Shown one piece after another: positions 9,999 to 19,010 of a stretch of DNA of 64,000 nucleotides. Every line of letters begins with the position of its first letter. Positions within the stretch are counted from its first letter, which is position 1. Origin of the DNA: an uncultured Gemmatimonadales bacterium (GTDB taxonomy: Bacteria > Gemmatimonadota > Gemmatimonadetes > Gemmatimonadales > GWC2-71-9); contig CAVUAK010000001.1 of the NCBI GenBank assembly GCA_963739455.1, positions 1,504,001 to 1,568,000 on the forward strand, given 5' to 3'. A program made the translations under genes and the position numbers. The notes below the pieces were generated by a model that was not told the origin of the DNA, searched no databases, and was given only the letters and a program-made list of their open reading frames with translations.

Positions 9999-10972
9999 AC
10001 GGTCCGTACGCCGGCACGCGCGTGCTGCTCGTCGATGTCGAGAACGATCCCACCGGCCACGCCGGGCTCCGGAAGCGGGCCCTCGAGCGGCTCGGCTGCG
10101 TCGTGGCGACCTGCGACCTCAAGGAGCGGAAGGGCCTCATTGCCCGCTGGCGTGGCGGCAACGTGCAGGACCGCCTCGGCAAGGCGGTGCTGCAGCACCA
10201 GGCGCAGCTGGTGCTTGTCATCGAGAGCGCTGAGCTCACGGCGGGCATGGTCACCAGCCTCAAGCGTGACGCCGACGCCGTCTGGGCCGCCTGGTTCATC
10301 GGCGAGACCCAGTCGATTCCGCTCATGGAGGCATTGAGCGCCGCCTACGATGTGCTCTTCGTGCCTGGCAGCGACCTCGTCCAGCAGCTTCGCGGCCCTT
10401 CCCGTCCGCCCACCATCCATCTCCCGCCGGGATGCGACCCGTCGGTGCATCGCCCCATGCGCGCGCGCGACCAGTTCCGCGCCAACGTGGTCTTCGTCGG
10501 CGCCGCCACGCCCCGCCGCGAGCAGCTGCTGGGAGAGTTGACCGGTTTCGGCCTGGCCATCTGGGGAGCTGGATGGCGCCGCACGCCGCTCAAGGACTAC
10601 TGCCGCGGCGAGTCACTCGAGCTGGACGACTACGTGCGCGCTTATGCCGGCGCGTCGGTGGCGATCAACATCCACCGCGAGGGATCCGGCAACGGCGGCA
10701 CCGCGACGGGGTGCAACCAGCGCCTCTTCGAGCTCGCGGCCATCGGTGTCCCCCAGGTCGTCGATAACCGCGTCGACCTGCCGCTCGCGTTCGACACCGG
10801 CAAGGAGTTGCTGACCTTTGAGACGGGATCGGAACTGCGCCAGCTCGTCCAGGACCTCTTGAACGATCCCACCACTGCGGAGCGCCTCGCCCAGGCCGGG
10901 CGGCGGAGGGCGCTCGCCGAGCACACGTATATGCACCGGTTGGGGGCGATACTGGGGGCGACGAAGAGATAG
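9995..10972 (+). CDS. CgeB/Glyco_trans_1_2 family glycosyltransferase
   Basis: CDPSVH, VVFVG, NQRLFELAAIG, RALAEHTYMHR. Confidence 0.85.
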   Translation: MNGPYAGTRVLLVDVENDPTGHAGLRKRALERLGCVVATCDLKERKGLIARWRGGNVQDRLGKAVLQHQAQLVLVIESAELTAGMVTSLKRDADAVWAAWFIGETQSIPLMEALSAAYDVLFVPGSDLVQQLRGPSRPPTIHLPPGCDPSVHRPMRARDQFRANVVFVGAATPRREQLLGELTGFGLAIWGAGWRRTPLKDYCRGESLELDDYVRAYAGASVAINIHREGSGNGGTATGCNQRLFELAAIGVPQVVDNRVDLPLAFDTGKELLTFETGSELRQLVQDLLNDPTTAERLAQAGRRRALAEHTYMHRLGAILGATKR

Positions 10973-11057
10973 AGTCGTCAGTCGACAGTCATCAGTCGAC
11001 AGTAAGTGGTCAGCTGCCGACTCACTGACGACTGCCGACTGTCGACTGAGAACTGCC
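10973..11057. repeat. inverted heptamer array element
   Basis: agtcgtc agtcgac agtcatc agtcgac ... actgacg actgccg actgtcg actgaga actgcc; between convergent GT genes. Confidence 0.88.
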
Positions 11058-11936
11058 ATATTCCCGCAAATAGTTCTCCGCCATCACCCGATGCGTAAAG
11101 AATCGCTCCACTCGCGCTCGACACGCCTCCCCCTCGATCCCCTCCACGAGCTCCCTGCCCGCGCCCAGTTCCTCCACGCTATCCCCCAGCACCCCCACAT
11201 CCGCCGACACGATCTCCGGCAGCGATCCCCGATGCGTCCCCAGCACCGGCGTTCCGCTCGCAAGAGCCTCGATCAGCGTCAACCCGAACGGTTCATCCCA
11301 TAGTGCCGGCATCCACAGGCACCGCGCCCCGGCGAGCAGCTCCACCTTTTCCATTCCCCCCACCCGTCCCGCGAACGAAATGCCGTGCCTGAGGCTCGGC
11401 CTCCACCCACCCGCCAGCACCAGCCGCCGCTTCGCCAGGCGAGCCCCCGCAATCGCCCACTTGTACCCCTTCACCGAATGCAGACGTCCCAGGAACAGGT
11501 CGTAGTCGCCCTTCTGCGACTGGAACCGGTATTCCGACAGGTCCAGCCCGTTGTAGACGAACCGCGTGCTCCCGAACCGCTGCGCATGATTGGCGCTGAG
11601 GTAGATCGTGTTCGCCGGCAGTACCGTCCCCGGTGGATAGTTGCCATGGAGCGTCCACACCAGCGGCACCGGAAGCGTGTCGGGCATCTGCCGGTGCGCA
11701 TGCACGATCTCCGCACCCGCCGGCAGGAGTCGCGAAATGTCCAGGTCCGGGCGCTGCAGCTCCGCATGCGGCAACGTCACCACCGTCGCTTCAGGTAGCG
11801 TCGAACCCTCCGGCGCGATCAGGGTCACCCGGTGCCCCATCTCCACCAGCGCCCGGGTCAGCCACACCACCACCCGCTCCGTGCCGCCGTACTTGGAGAC
11901 GGGTACCCGCTCATTCACCAGCTGGACGATGTGCAT
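11022..11936 (-). CDS. glycosyltransferase family 4
   Basis: YGGTERVV, WDEPFGLTLIEALASGTPV. Confidence 0.9.
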   Translation of the reverse strand: MHIVQLVNERVPVSKYGGTERVVVWLTRALVEMGHRVTLIAPEGSTLPEATVVTLPHAELQRPDLDISRLLPAGAEIVHAHRQMPDTLPVPLVWTLHGNYPPGTVLPANTIYLSANHAQRFGSTRFVYNGLDLSEYRFQSQKGDYDLFLGRLHSVKGYKWAIAGARLAKRRLVLAGGWRPSLRHGISFAGRVGGMEKVELLAGARCLWMPALWDEPFGLTLIEALASGTPVLGTHRGSLPEIVSADVGVLGDSVEELGAGRELVEGIEGEACRARVERFFTHRVMAENYLREYGSSQSTVGSRQ

Positions 11937-11956
11937 GCGACGAGTATAAGCGAGAC

Positions 11957-12046
11957 CAGTCGTCAGTCATCAGTCGGCAGTCGTCAGTAAGTCATCAGCT
12001 GTCAGCTGCCCTCTCTCTGCCGACTGCCGACTGTCGACTGCCGACT
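11957..12046. repeat. inverted heptamer array element
   Basis: cagtcgt cagtcat cagtcgg cagtcgt cagt ... ctgccga ctgccga ctgtcga ctgccga ct; between divergent GT genes. Confidence 0.88.
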
Positions 12047-12066
12047 CTATCGTGTTATTCTCGTTC

Positions 12067-12918
12067 ATGTCCCCCATCTCCGGCCTTACATTCGTCTCCA
12101 ACGCCATCAAGCTCGACTTTCCCGTCGTCCCAGCCATTCACTCCATTCTCCCCCTCTGCGACGAGCTCGTCGTCAACGTCGGCCCCTCCGACGACGCCAC
12201 CCTCGACCTCATTCACGGCATCGACGATCCCCGCATTCGCGTCATTCACGGCGAATGGGACCGGGGCGCCGGCAGCCGCATGCTTTCCATTGAGACCCAG
12301 CGTGCCCTCGACGCCGCGCGCGGTGACTGGGCCGTCTATATCCAGGCCGACGAGGTCCTGCACGAGGACGGTATCCCCATCCTCCGGAACGCCATCGCCG
12401 AAGCCGGCGACGACCCCCGCATCGAGGGTTTGCTTCTCGACTACCGCCACTTCTACGGTTCCTTTGACTGGATCGCCACCAATCGCACCTGGTATCGCGA
12501 CGAGGTCCGCGTCGTCCGCCTCGGCGCTGGCGTCCACAGCTTCCGCGATGCCCAGGGTTTCCGTGTCGGACCCGACGATCGCCGCATCCGTGCTCGCCGC
12601 ACCCGCGCGGTCATGCACCACTACGGCTGGGCCCGCCCCAATTGGGCGCTCGACCAGAAACGCGCCACCGACGCCACCATCTACGAGGGCAGGGTCGCGC
12701 CCACCGCGCCGGTGAAGCTCGAGTGGATCGCCGGCCTCTCTCGTTTCAAGGGAACCCATCCCGCCGTCGCCCGCGAATGGATCGCCGCCCGCACCGGACC
12801 ACCCGTTGAGTTCGGCCCCGTGCGGCTCCGTGGCCAGCTTCGCCTCATCGCATCCGGCGTGCTCGAGCAGTTCACCGGATGGCGGCCATTCCCTTACCGC
12901 AACTACGTCGAAGTGTGA
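12067..12918 (+). CDS. glycosyltransferase family 2
   Basis: ISGLTFVSNAIKLDFP, SDDAT, YIQADE, HHYGWAR. Confidence 0.85.
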   Translation: MSPISGLTFVSNAIKLDFPVVPAIHSILPLCDELVVNVGPSDDATLDLIHGIDDPRIRVIHGEWDRGAGSRMLSIETQRALDAARGDWAVYIQADEVLHEDGIPILRNAIAEAGDDPRIEGLLLDYRHFYGSFDWIATNRTWYRDEVRVVRLGAGVHSFRDAQGFRVGPDDRRIRARRTRAVMHHYGWARPNWALDQKRATDATIYEGRVAPTAPVKLEWIAGLSRFKGTHPAVAREWIAARTGPPVEFGPVRLRGQLRLIASGVLEQFTGWRPFPYRNYVEV

Positions 12919-13868
12919 GCCGCCCACTCCAGGGACTCCGCGTCCTGCTCGTGGCCTCCTTCAATCGCAGGTACCACCAGATCGGCTTCGACCTGGCGCG
13001 TGCCCTGCGCAACCTCGGCTGCGTCGTGGCGCGCCAGGAGGATGGCCGTCGCTGGATCTACTCCCTCTGGAATGTTCCGCTGGAGACGAGACTCGAGCGC
13101 GCCCTCCGTCGTCATGCGCCAGACATCGTCCTTGTGTACAAGGGTGAGCGCCTCGATCCCGCAGCCATCGCGAGGTTGAGGACACATTCGGCGGCGCGGT
13201 GGGCCAACTGGTTTCCCGACGATCCCCATCTCCTCGAGCTGAGCCTCAGGCTGGCGCCGGCCTACGACGCCTTCTTCACCCACGACAGCTACAGTGCTGC
13301 GCTGCATCGTGAGCGCGCCTACCCGACGCACTACCTGCCGTTCGGCGTCGATCCCGATCGCCTCCACCCCGTCGCTGTGCCACCTCAGCAGCGCTCCGCC
13401 CTCGCCTTCGTCGGAACCCGCGACGTCCCTCGCGCCCACCTGCTCGATTCCATCGCGGACCTCGATCTCTCAGCCTGGGGTCCCGGCTGGCCCCGCGGTC
13501 CCCTCTACGGGAACGAGTTCATCCGCGCGCTCGGCGGCGCCGACATCGGCCTCAACGTGCACCAGCAGGTGCCCCCGCTCGGTGATCCCGCTCGCTACGG
13601 TCACGGTGCCAACCTCCGCGTCTTCGAGCTCGCATCACTCGGCACACCACAGCTCTGCGACGCGAAGGCCGATATCAGCCCCCTCCTTGAGCCCGATCGC
13701 GAGATCGCACTCTACCGCGACGTCGCCGAGTTGCGTGCGCAGGTGGAACGCATGAGAAGGGATCCTGCCTGGAGGGCATCGCTCGGAGCCGCTGCTCGAC
13801 AGCGCGTGCTCGCCGAGCACACCTGGGAGCATCGCCTCCGCAATCTCATCGCGATCGCGCTGCCGTGA
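12915..13868 (+). CDS. CgeB/Glyco_trans_1_2 family glycosyltransferase
   Basis: WFPDDP, NLRVFELASLG, RVLAEHTWEHR; GTG overlaps the upstream stop. Confidence 0.85.
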   Translation: MSRPLQGLRVLLVASFNRRYHQIGFDLARALRNLGCVVARQEDGRRWIYSLWNVPLETRLERALRRHAPDIVLVYKGERLDPAAIARLRTHSAARWANWFPDDPHLLELSLRLAPAYDAFFTHDSYSAALHRERAYPTHYLPFGVDPDRLHPVAVPPQQRSALAFVGTRDVPRAHLLDSIADLDLSAWGPGWPRGPLYGNEFIRALGGADIGLNVHQQVPPLGDPARYGHGANLRVFELASLGTPQLCDAKADISPLLEPDREIALYRDVAELRAQVERMRRDPAWRASLGAAARQRVLAEHTWEHRLRNLIAIALP

Positions 13869-13875
13869 GCTCGCC

Positions 13876-14860
13876 GTGCTGACCGTGAAGATTTCCACCG
13901 CCGCGCGCGACTGGCCCTGGCTCCGCCAGACGCCCGGTGGCACCGGCGTCTGGGGCAATTGCCGCTTTGTCGTCGACGAGCCAGTCGAGTCCTGCGACCT
14001 CTGGGTGGTCTACGACGGACTGCTCGAGTCGGAGACGACGACGTGTCCCCCGGGAGCGACCCTGCTCATCACGGCGGAGCCTCCCGGCGTGAAGCTCTAC
14101 CGCCCCGGTTTCGTGGAACAGTTCGGATGCCGTGCGCACCACTCATCGGCAGCTTGTGCATCCGCACGTCACGCTCGGCCAGCCCGCACTGCCCTGGCAC
14201 GTCGGACGCCGCCAGCAGGGTCATCGCAACATCGAGTTCACCTGGAACTACGACGAGCTGAAGGGATTCAGTACCGGCCCGAAGGAGCGCCTCATCTCGG
14301 TGATCAGTTCGGACAAGACGCAGACCGCGGGGCACCGTCGCCGCCTGGAACTGGTGCGTCACCTCAAGGCGCATTTCGGCGATCGGCTCGATGTGTTCGG
14401 GCGGGGCATTCGCGAGGTGGAAGACAAGTGGGACGCGATCGCGCCCTATCGCTATCACATCGCACTCGAGAACGGCGTCTATCCGCACTACTGGACGGAA
14501 AAGCTCTCCGATGCCTTCCTGGCCGGCGCCTTCCCCCTCTACCTCGGCTGTCCCAACGTGGGAGAGTACTTTCCCGCCGGCAGCTTCGCCCCGCTCGATG
14601 CGAACGACGCCGCGCGCGCCATCACCACTATCGAACAGGCCATCGCCGATCAGCGTTACGAGCGCTCCCTCGGCGACGTCGCGGAGGCCCGTCGACTCGT
14701 GCTCGATCGCTACAATCTCTTTCCGCTCCTCGCTGATATGCTCGCCGCCTCACCACCGGTCGGCGAACGAGTACGAACCACGCTCAGGCCCGAGACCGAT
14801 TTCCCTCGAAGGGGGAAGCTCCGGCGGATACTACAGCGCTGGCGCGAAGGTCGCGGCTGA
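13876..14860 (+). CDS. glycosyltransferase family 10 (alpha-1,3-fucosyltransferase-like); frameshift near 14130
   Basis: ITAEPP; then SVISSDK, GHRRR, YRYHIALEN...YWTEKLSDAFLAG..PLYLGCPN. Confidence 0.82.
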
Positions 14861-15562
14861 TCGCTCGATCAGGAACATCCCGCAGGCATAGTTCTGGTCT
14901 CGCACGTCCGCTGGTGCCGCCTCCGGCCGGAACCGCCCCGCGTCATCCACCGCTGCGAACTCGCGCAGCGTCAGCCCCTCTTCCGCGATCCACTCCACGA
15001 TGGTCACCGGGTCATGTACCCGGTGCGCGTTGAACACCACGCTCGGCCTGCCCACCGGCAGGCCGAAGTAGAACCGGCCATCCGGAGCCAGCACCCGGGA
15101 CAGCTCGGCAAACGCCTTTCGCGTGCCGAGCGGATCGATCGGGTCTCCGTAGCGACCCAGGCCGACGTGTTCCGCGACGTGGAGACAGGACAGGGAAGAC
15201 ACGCTGTGGTCGGGGAAGGGAAGGCTCAGCACCGTTCCCGCCCGGGACTCGAGGTTCTCGACCTCTCCCAGGAACGGTCGCACGTCGATGAACACCACAG
15301 GGGCGACACTCGCAAGACAGGTAACCCACCCGATCTGTCCCGCCACGTCGACGTGCTGCGACGGGTGTGCGCGCGTGATGTGCCGGAAGGCCCAGGCGCC
15401 GAGGTAGACGTAGTGCGCGTCGAACCCGTGGGAGGCAGTGCGTTCCTCCAGCATCGGCTTGAGGGTCACAAGGCGCCACGGCTCGGCGCCGGGTGCCCGC
15501 ATGTATGACCGGAGGTCTTGCAGGTATCTTGGCAGGCTCAGGAGCCGGGTGAGCGGCTTCAT
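14831..15562 (-). CDS. DUF268-like SAM-dependent methyltransferase-fold protein
   Basis: FDAHYVY..AWA, SLSCLHVAEHVGLGRYGDPIDP, FNAHRV. Confidence 0.8.
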   Translation of the reverse strand: MKPLTRLLSLPRYLQDLRSYMRAPGAEPWRLVTLKPMLEERTASHGFDAHYVYLGAWAFRHITRAHPSQHVDVAGQIGWVTCLASVAPVVFIDVRPFLGEVENLESRAGTVLSLPFPDHSVSSLSCLHVAEHVGLGRYGDPIDPLGTRKAFAELSRVLAPDGRFYFGLPVGRPSVVFNAHRVHDPVTIVEWIAEEGLTLREFAAVDDAGRFRPEAAPADVRDQNYACGMFLIERSAATFAPAL

Positions 15563-15588
15563 GCGCGTCCTCTCAGGGCAGGAGACCC

Positions 15589-16473
15589 ATGCTGGTTGCC
15601 AACCTGGTCGGCGGTCTCGGAAACCAGATGTTCCAGTACGCCTCGGCCTGGGCACTGGCGAGCGAGCACAGCATGGAGCTCAAGCTCGACATTTCCGATT
15701 TTCACCGCTTTCCTCCGCGTCGGTACCTGCTCGATCACTTCAATGTTGACGCTGTCATGGCTCGGCCCGATGAGCTCAAGATGTTCGACAAGGACTCGAA
15801 CCGTTTCCGCGCCTCGACCCGGAAGTTCGTGGCTCGGCTCCGCGGCATCAACCGCGTCACCGGCCGCACCATCTTCGAGCGCGGTTTCCCCTGGCAGAGA
15901 ATCCCGCTTGACCGTGCCGTCGACACCATGCTCATCGGGTACTGGCAGTCCGAGCGCTATTTCTTGCCCATGGAGCGCCAGGTCCGCCATGTCTTCACGC
16001 TTCGGGCGCCACCGGATGAGCGCACTCAGCGCATGCTCGAGGACATCGACCGCCACCGCGCCATCAGCCTTCACGTGCGCCGCGGGGACTACGCCTCCAA
16101 TCCCGTGGTCCAGGCGAAGCACGGCCTCCTGGGCCTGGATTACTACGCCGCCGCCGTGGCACATATTCTGGCACTGGAGCCGAACGCGAAGTTCTATGTC
16201 TTCTCCGACGACATGGAGTGGGTCCGCGCCAATCTCCCCATCGCCGCGCCGGTCGAGCATGTCGACCTGAACGGTCCCGACGAGCCGCATGAAGATTTGC
16301 GCCTCATGAGCCGCTGCCGCCATCACATCATTGCCAATAGCAGCCTCAGCTGGTGGGGTGCCTGGCTCAACCCCGATCCTGCGAAGGTCGTCATCGCCCC
16401 GCGGCAATGGTTCACTCCCGAATCCCGCCGCGACGCCCGCGACATCGTTCCCCCCACCTGGCTGCGCATCTAG
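15589..16473 (+). CDS. glycosyltransferase family 11 (alpha-1,2-fucosyltransferase-like)
   Basis: GGLGNQMFQYA, GYWQSE.YF, SLHVRRGDY, FSDD, IIANSSLSWWGAWLN. Confidence 0.93.
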   Translation: MLVANLVGGLGNQMFQYASAWALASEHSMELKLDISDFHRFPPRRYLLDHFNVDAVMARPDELKMFDKDSNRFRASTRKFVARLRGINRVTGRTIFERGFPWQRIPLDRAVDTMLIGYWQSERYFLPMERQVRHVFTLRAPPDERTQRMLEDIDRHRAISLHVRRGDYASNPVVQAKHGLLGLDYYAAAVAHILALEPNAKFYVFSDDMEWVRANLPIAAPVEHVDLNGPDEPHEDLRLMSRCRHHIIANSSLSWWGAWLNPDPAKVVIAPRQWFTPESRRDARDIVPPTWLRI

Positions 16474-16481
16474 TATCGTCG

Positions 16482-16568
16482 CCCTCACCCCTCACCCCTC
16501 ACCCCTCACCCCTCACCCCTCACCCCTCACCCCTCACCCCTCACCCTTAACTCTTAACCCCTAACCCT
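16482..16568. repeat. heptamer microsatellite (CCCTCAC)n, about 9 perfect units plus degenerate CCTTAA/CCCTAA units
   Basis: read directly; intergenic. Confidence 0.95.
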
Positions 16569-16606
16569 GTACCGTTCGCTGTCCCCGGCCGGAGATCCCA
16601 AAGAAA

Positions 16607-17797
16607 ATGCGCCCCCAGCTCCTGCTCACTTCAGAGTTCCCCCCGATGTCCGGTGGCATAGCCCGCTGGATGGGCGAACTCGCGCGCCGCTATCCCCAGG
16701 GCAGCATGGTCGTGAGCACAGGCCAGGTTCCCGACAGCGACGAGGTGGATGAGCGCCTCCCCAATCGCGTCGATCGCCTCGCCATGCCGGTCAAGCGCCT
16801 CAAGACCCTCCCGGGCATTCTCCACTGGTCACGCCACGCCTCCGTCCTCGCCCGCACCCTCGACGCCGAATTCATCTGGTGCGGAACCCTCAAGCCCTCG
16901 GCATATCCCGCCAAGTGGGTCCGCGAGCGTGTCGGTACGCCGTTCGGCGTCATCGCCCATGGCAGTGATTTCCTGACACTCCGGCACGAGACCCATCGCT
17001 CCGCCATCAAGCGCCGTGTCGCGCAGGGACTGCTCGAGGCCGCGTCGGTCATCGTGGCGAACAGCAACTGGACCCGCGATCTCTGCCTCTCTGTGCTCGG
17101 CGAGCTCGGCGTTACCCTGTCGGAAGATCGTGTCCGCGTTGTACCGCTTGGCACTGATCCCGAGTTCTTCCGCGCTGGCATCGACACGAAGGGGGTGCAG
17201 CAGAAGTACGGACTCGAGGCGGGACGCTGGCTCCTCACTGTCGCCCCGCTCGCGCCTAGCAAGGGTGTCGATACCGTGTTGCGTGCCCTTGCCGCCGCCA
17301 ACGGCGAGTTCGGAGATCTTCGCTATGCCGTGGTTGGTGCCGGTGCCGAGTTGGCGCCGCTCAAGGCATTGGCAAAGAAGCTCGGCGTCACTCAGCGTGT
17401 GAAGTTCCTCACTGAGGTTCCCGACGCTGACCTTCCCGCGCTCTACAACCTTGCCACCGCGTACGTGGGGCTCTCGCGTCAGACCGGCCTCGACGTCGAG
17501 GGCTTCGGTATCTCGTTCGCCGAAGCGGCGGCGTGTGGGCTGCCGGTCATCGCGGCGCGGAGCGGTGGCATTCCAGATGTCGTGGCTGATGGTGAGACGG
17601 GACTTCTCGTCAACGCAGAGAAGCCCGACGAGATCGTGAAGGCGCTTGGGAGGTTGCTGAAGGATTCCAAGCTGGCGTCGAAGTTGGGCAAGGAGGGCAG
17701 GGCGAGGGTCGAGCGTTTCCAGAACTGGGATCGTGTCACGCGCGACTTGCGCGCGATCGCCCAGGAGTTCGCCGGCGACGTAGCGAGATCGGGCTGA
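16607..17797 (+). CDS. glycosyltransferase family 4 (PimB-like)
   Basis: EFPPMSGGI, KGVD, VEGFGISFAEAAACGLPVIA.RSGGIPD. Confidence 0.9.
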   Translation: MRPQLLLTSEFPPMSGGIARWMGELARRYPQGSMVVSTGQVPDSDEVDERLPNRVDRLAMPVKRLKTLPGILHWSRHASVLARTLDAEFIWCGTLKPSAYPAKWVRERVGTPFGVIAHGSDFLTLRHETHRSAIKRRVAQGLLEAASVIVANSNWTRDLCLSVLGELGVTLSEDRVRVVPLGTDPEFFRAGIDTKGVQQKYGLEAGRWLLTVAPLAPSKGVDTVLRALAAANGEFGDLRYAVVGAGAELAPLKALAKKLGVTQRVKFLTEVPDADLPALYNLATAYVGLSRQTGLDVEGFGISFAEAAACGLPVIAARSGGIPDVVADGETGLLVNAEKPDEIVKALGRLLKDSKLASKLGKEGRARVERFQNWDRVTRDLRAIAQEFAGDVARSG

Positions 17798-17822
17798 GAG
17801 GGGCGCCCCGCCCGACTGGCCC

Positions 17823-18884
17823 CTACCCTCCGTGCTCCACATGAATCGCATGCGTCGGACAATGACTCACATAAGTCCCGTCAACCGGTGACCACTGGTG
17901 AACTGGCGCGATCACATGCGCCCGCCCATCCGACCCCATCCTGAACACCTCTGGCGCCCACAGCGCGCACGCCCCGCACCCCACGCACTTCGACGCCTCG
18001 ACGGCGATCTTCACCGGCCGACGCGGGTGGATCCCTGGCCCCAGCTTCTCCAGCGATCCCCCCACCAGGTCCAGCGCTGCCGACATCGACCGGTATCCTT
18101 CGTCGATCAGTTCCGCCGTCTTGTCGAACGCGAACATCGAGATGTGCCCGACCCGTGGCTGCACCAGCATCAGCGGCGGTGACTGCCAGTACTTCAGTCC
18201 CTCGGCGCTTTGCGCCTGCATCACCATTTCCAGCCCCCGGATGTACGTCGCCGCGAACCCCTGCGACTCCGTGTCGCTCCGCTCCAGGTCGAACGGCCCC
18301 AGCGGGTTCAGGTTCACCGCGATGATCGGTCCCTTGCCCGCGCTCGCCGCGATGCGGAGCGGCAGGTTCTCCACTACGGCGCCGTCCACGTAGTAGCGCC
18401 CCTTGATCAGCCGCGGCGGCAGGATTCCCGGCAGTGCGCACGACGCGAAGACGGCGTCGGCCACCCGCACATCTTCCAGTCCCGGCAGCCCCCAGAGCAC
18501 CTGGGCACCCGAGTTCAGGTCCACCGTGTTCACCAGCAGTTGCCGCGGCAGCTCCCGGAACGTCAGGTCCGCCACCAGTCCGTTGAGCAGTAACTCCAGT
18601 GGCTCGCGCCGGTATATCGCGGGGGCCTGCATGCGCCGGAGCGCCATGTCCGCATGCGCCACCGCAAACACGTGGCGCCGCTTCACCTCCATCGCCCGGA
18701 TCCGCATCTCGGCGCCCGACATCCCGGTCGCCCACGTCGCGGCCACCATCGCGCCCATGCTCGAGCCCACCACCAGGCTCGGCACCAGGCCACGCTCCTC
18801 GAGGGCCAGCAGCACCCCAACGTGCGACAGCCCCTTGAGGCCACCGCCGCTCAGGACGAGCTTGAACTCTGGTGAGATGTTCAT
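17823..18884 (-). CDS. patatin-like phospholipase with C-terminal ferredoxin domain
   Basis: LSGGGLKG, GSSMG nucleophile, YVDGA; C-terminal CVGCGAC...APEVF...CPTHAI. Confidence 0.88.
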   Translation of the reverse strand: MNISPEFKLVLSGGGLKGLSHVGVLLALEERGLVPSLVVGSSMGAMVAATWATGMSGAEMRIRAMEVKRRHVFAVAHADMALRRMQAPAIYRREPLELLLNGLVADLTFRELPRQLLVNTVDLNSGAQVLWGLPGLEDVRVADAVFASCALPGILPPRLIKGRYYVDGAVVENLPLRIAASAGKGPIIAVNLNPLGPFDLERSDTESQGFAATYIRGLEMVMQAQSAEGLKYWQSPPLMLVQPRVGHISMFAFDKTAELIDEGYRSMSAALDLVGGSLEKLGPGIHPRRPVKIAVEASKCVGCGACALWAPEVFRMGSDGRAHVIAPVHQWSPVDGTYVSHCPTHAIHVEHGG

Positions 18885-19010
18885 GGTGACATTGACGCGG
18901 CGAGAAATGGGCCGGACTTTACATCGGAGGTGTGCTGCAGTGACGCCGTCATATCTAAGAATAGCGGGTTCAATGACTTATTCGACGACGCATCCCACCC
19001 GGTCGGTTGC

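Noticed and set aside
16482..16568. Telomere or eukaryotic contamination (CCCTAA-like)
   Set aside because: It is internal, flanked by intact bacterial genes, and only the degenerate end resembles CCCTAA.
17823..18884. CBASS CapV effector
   Set aside because: No CD-NTase or cap genes nearby.
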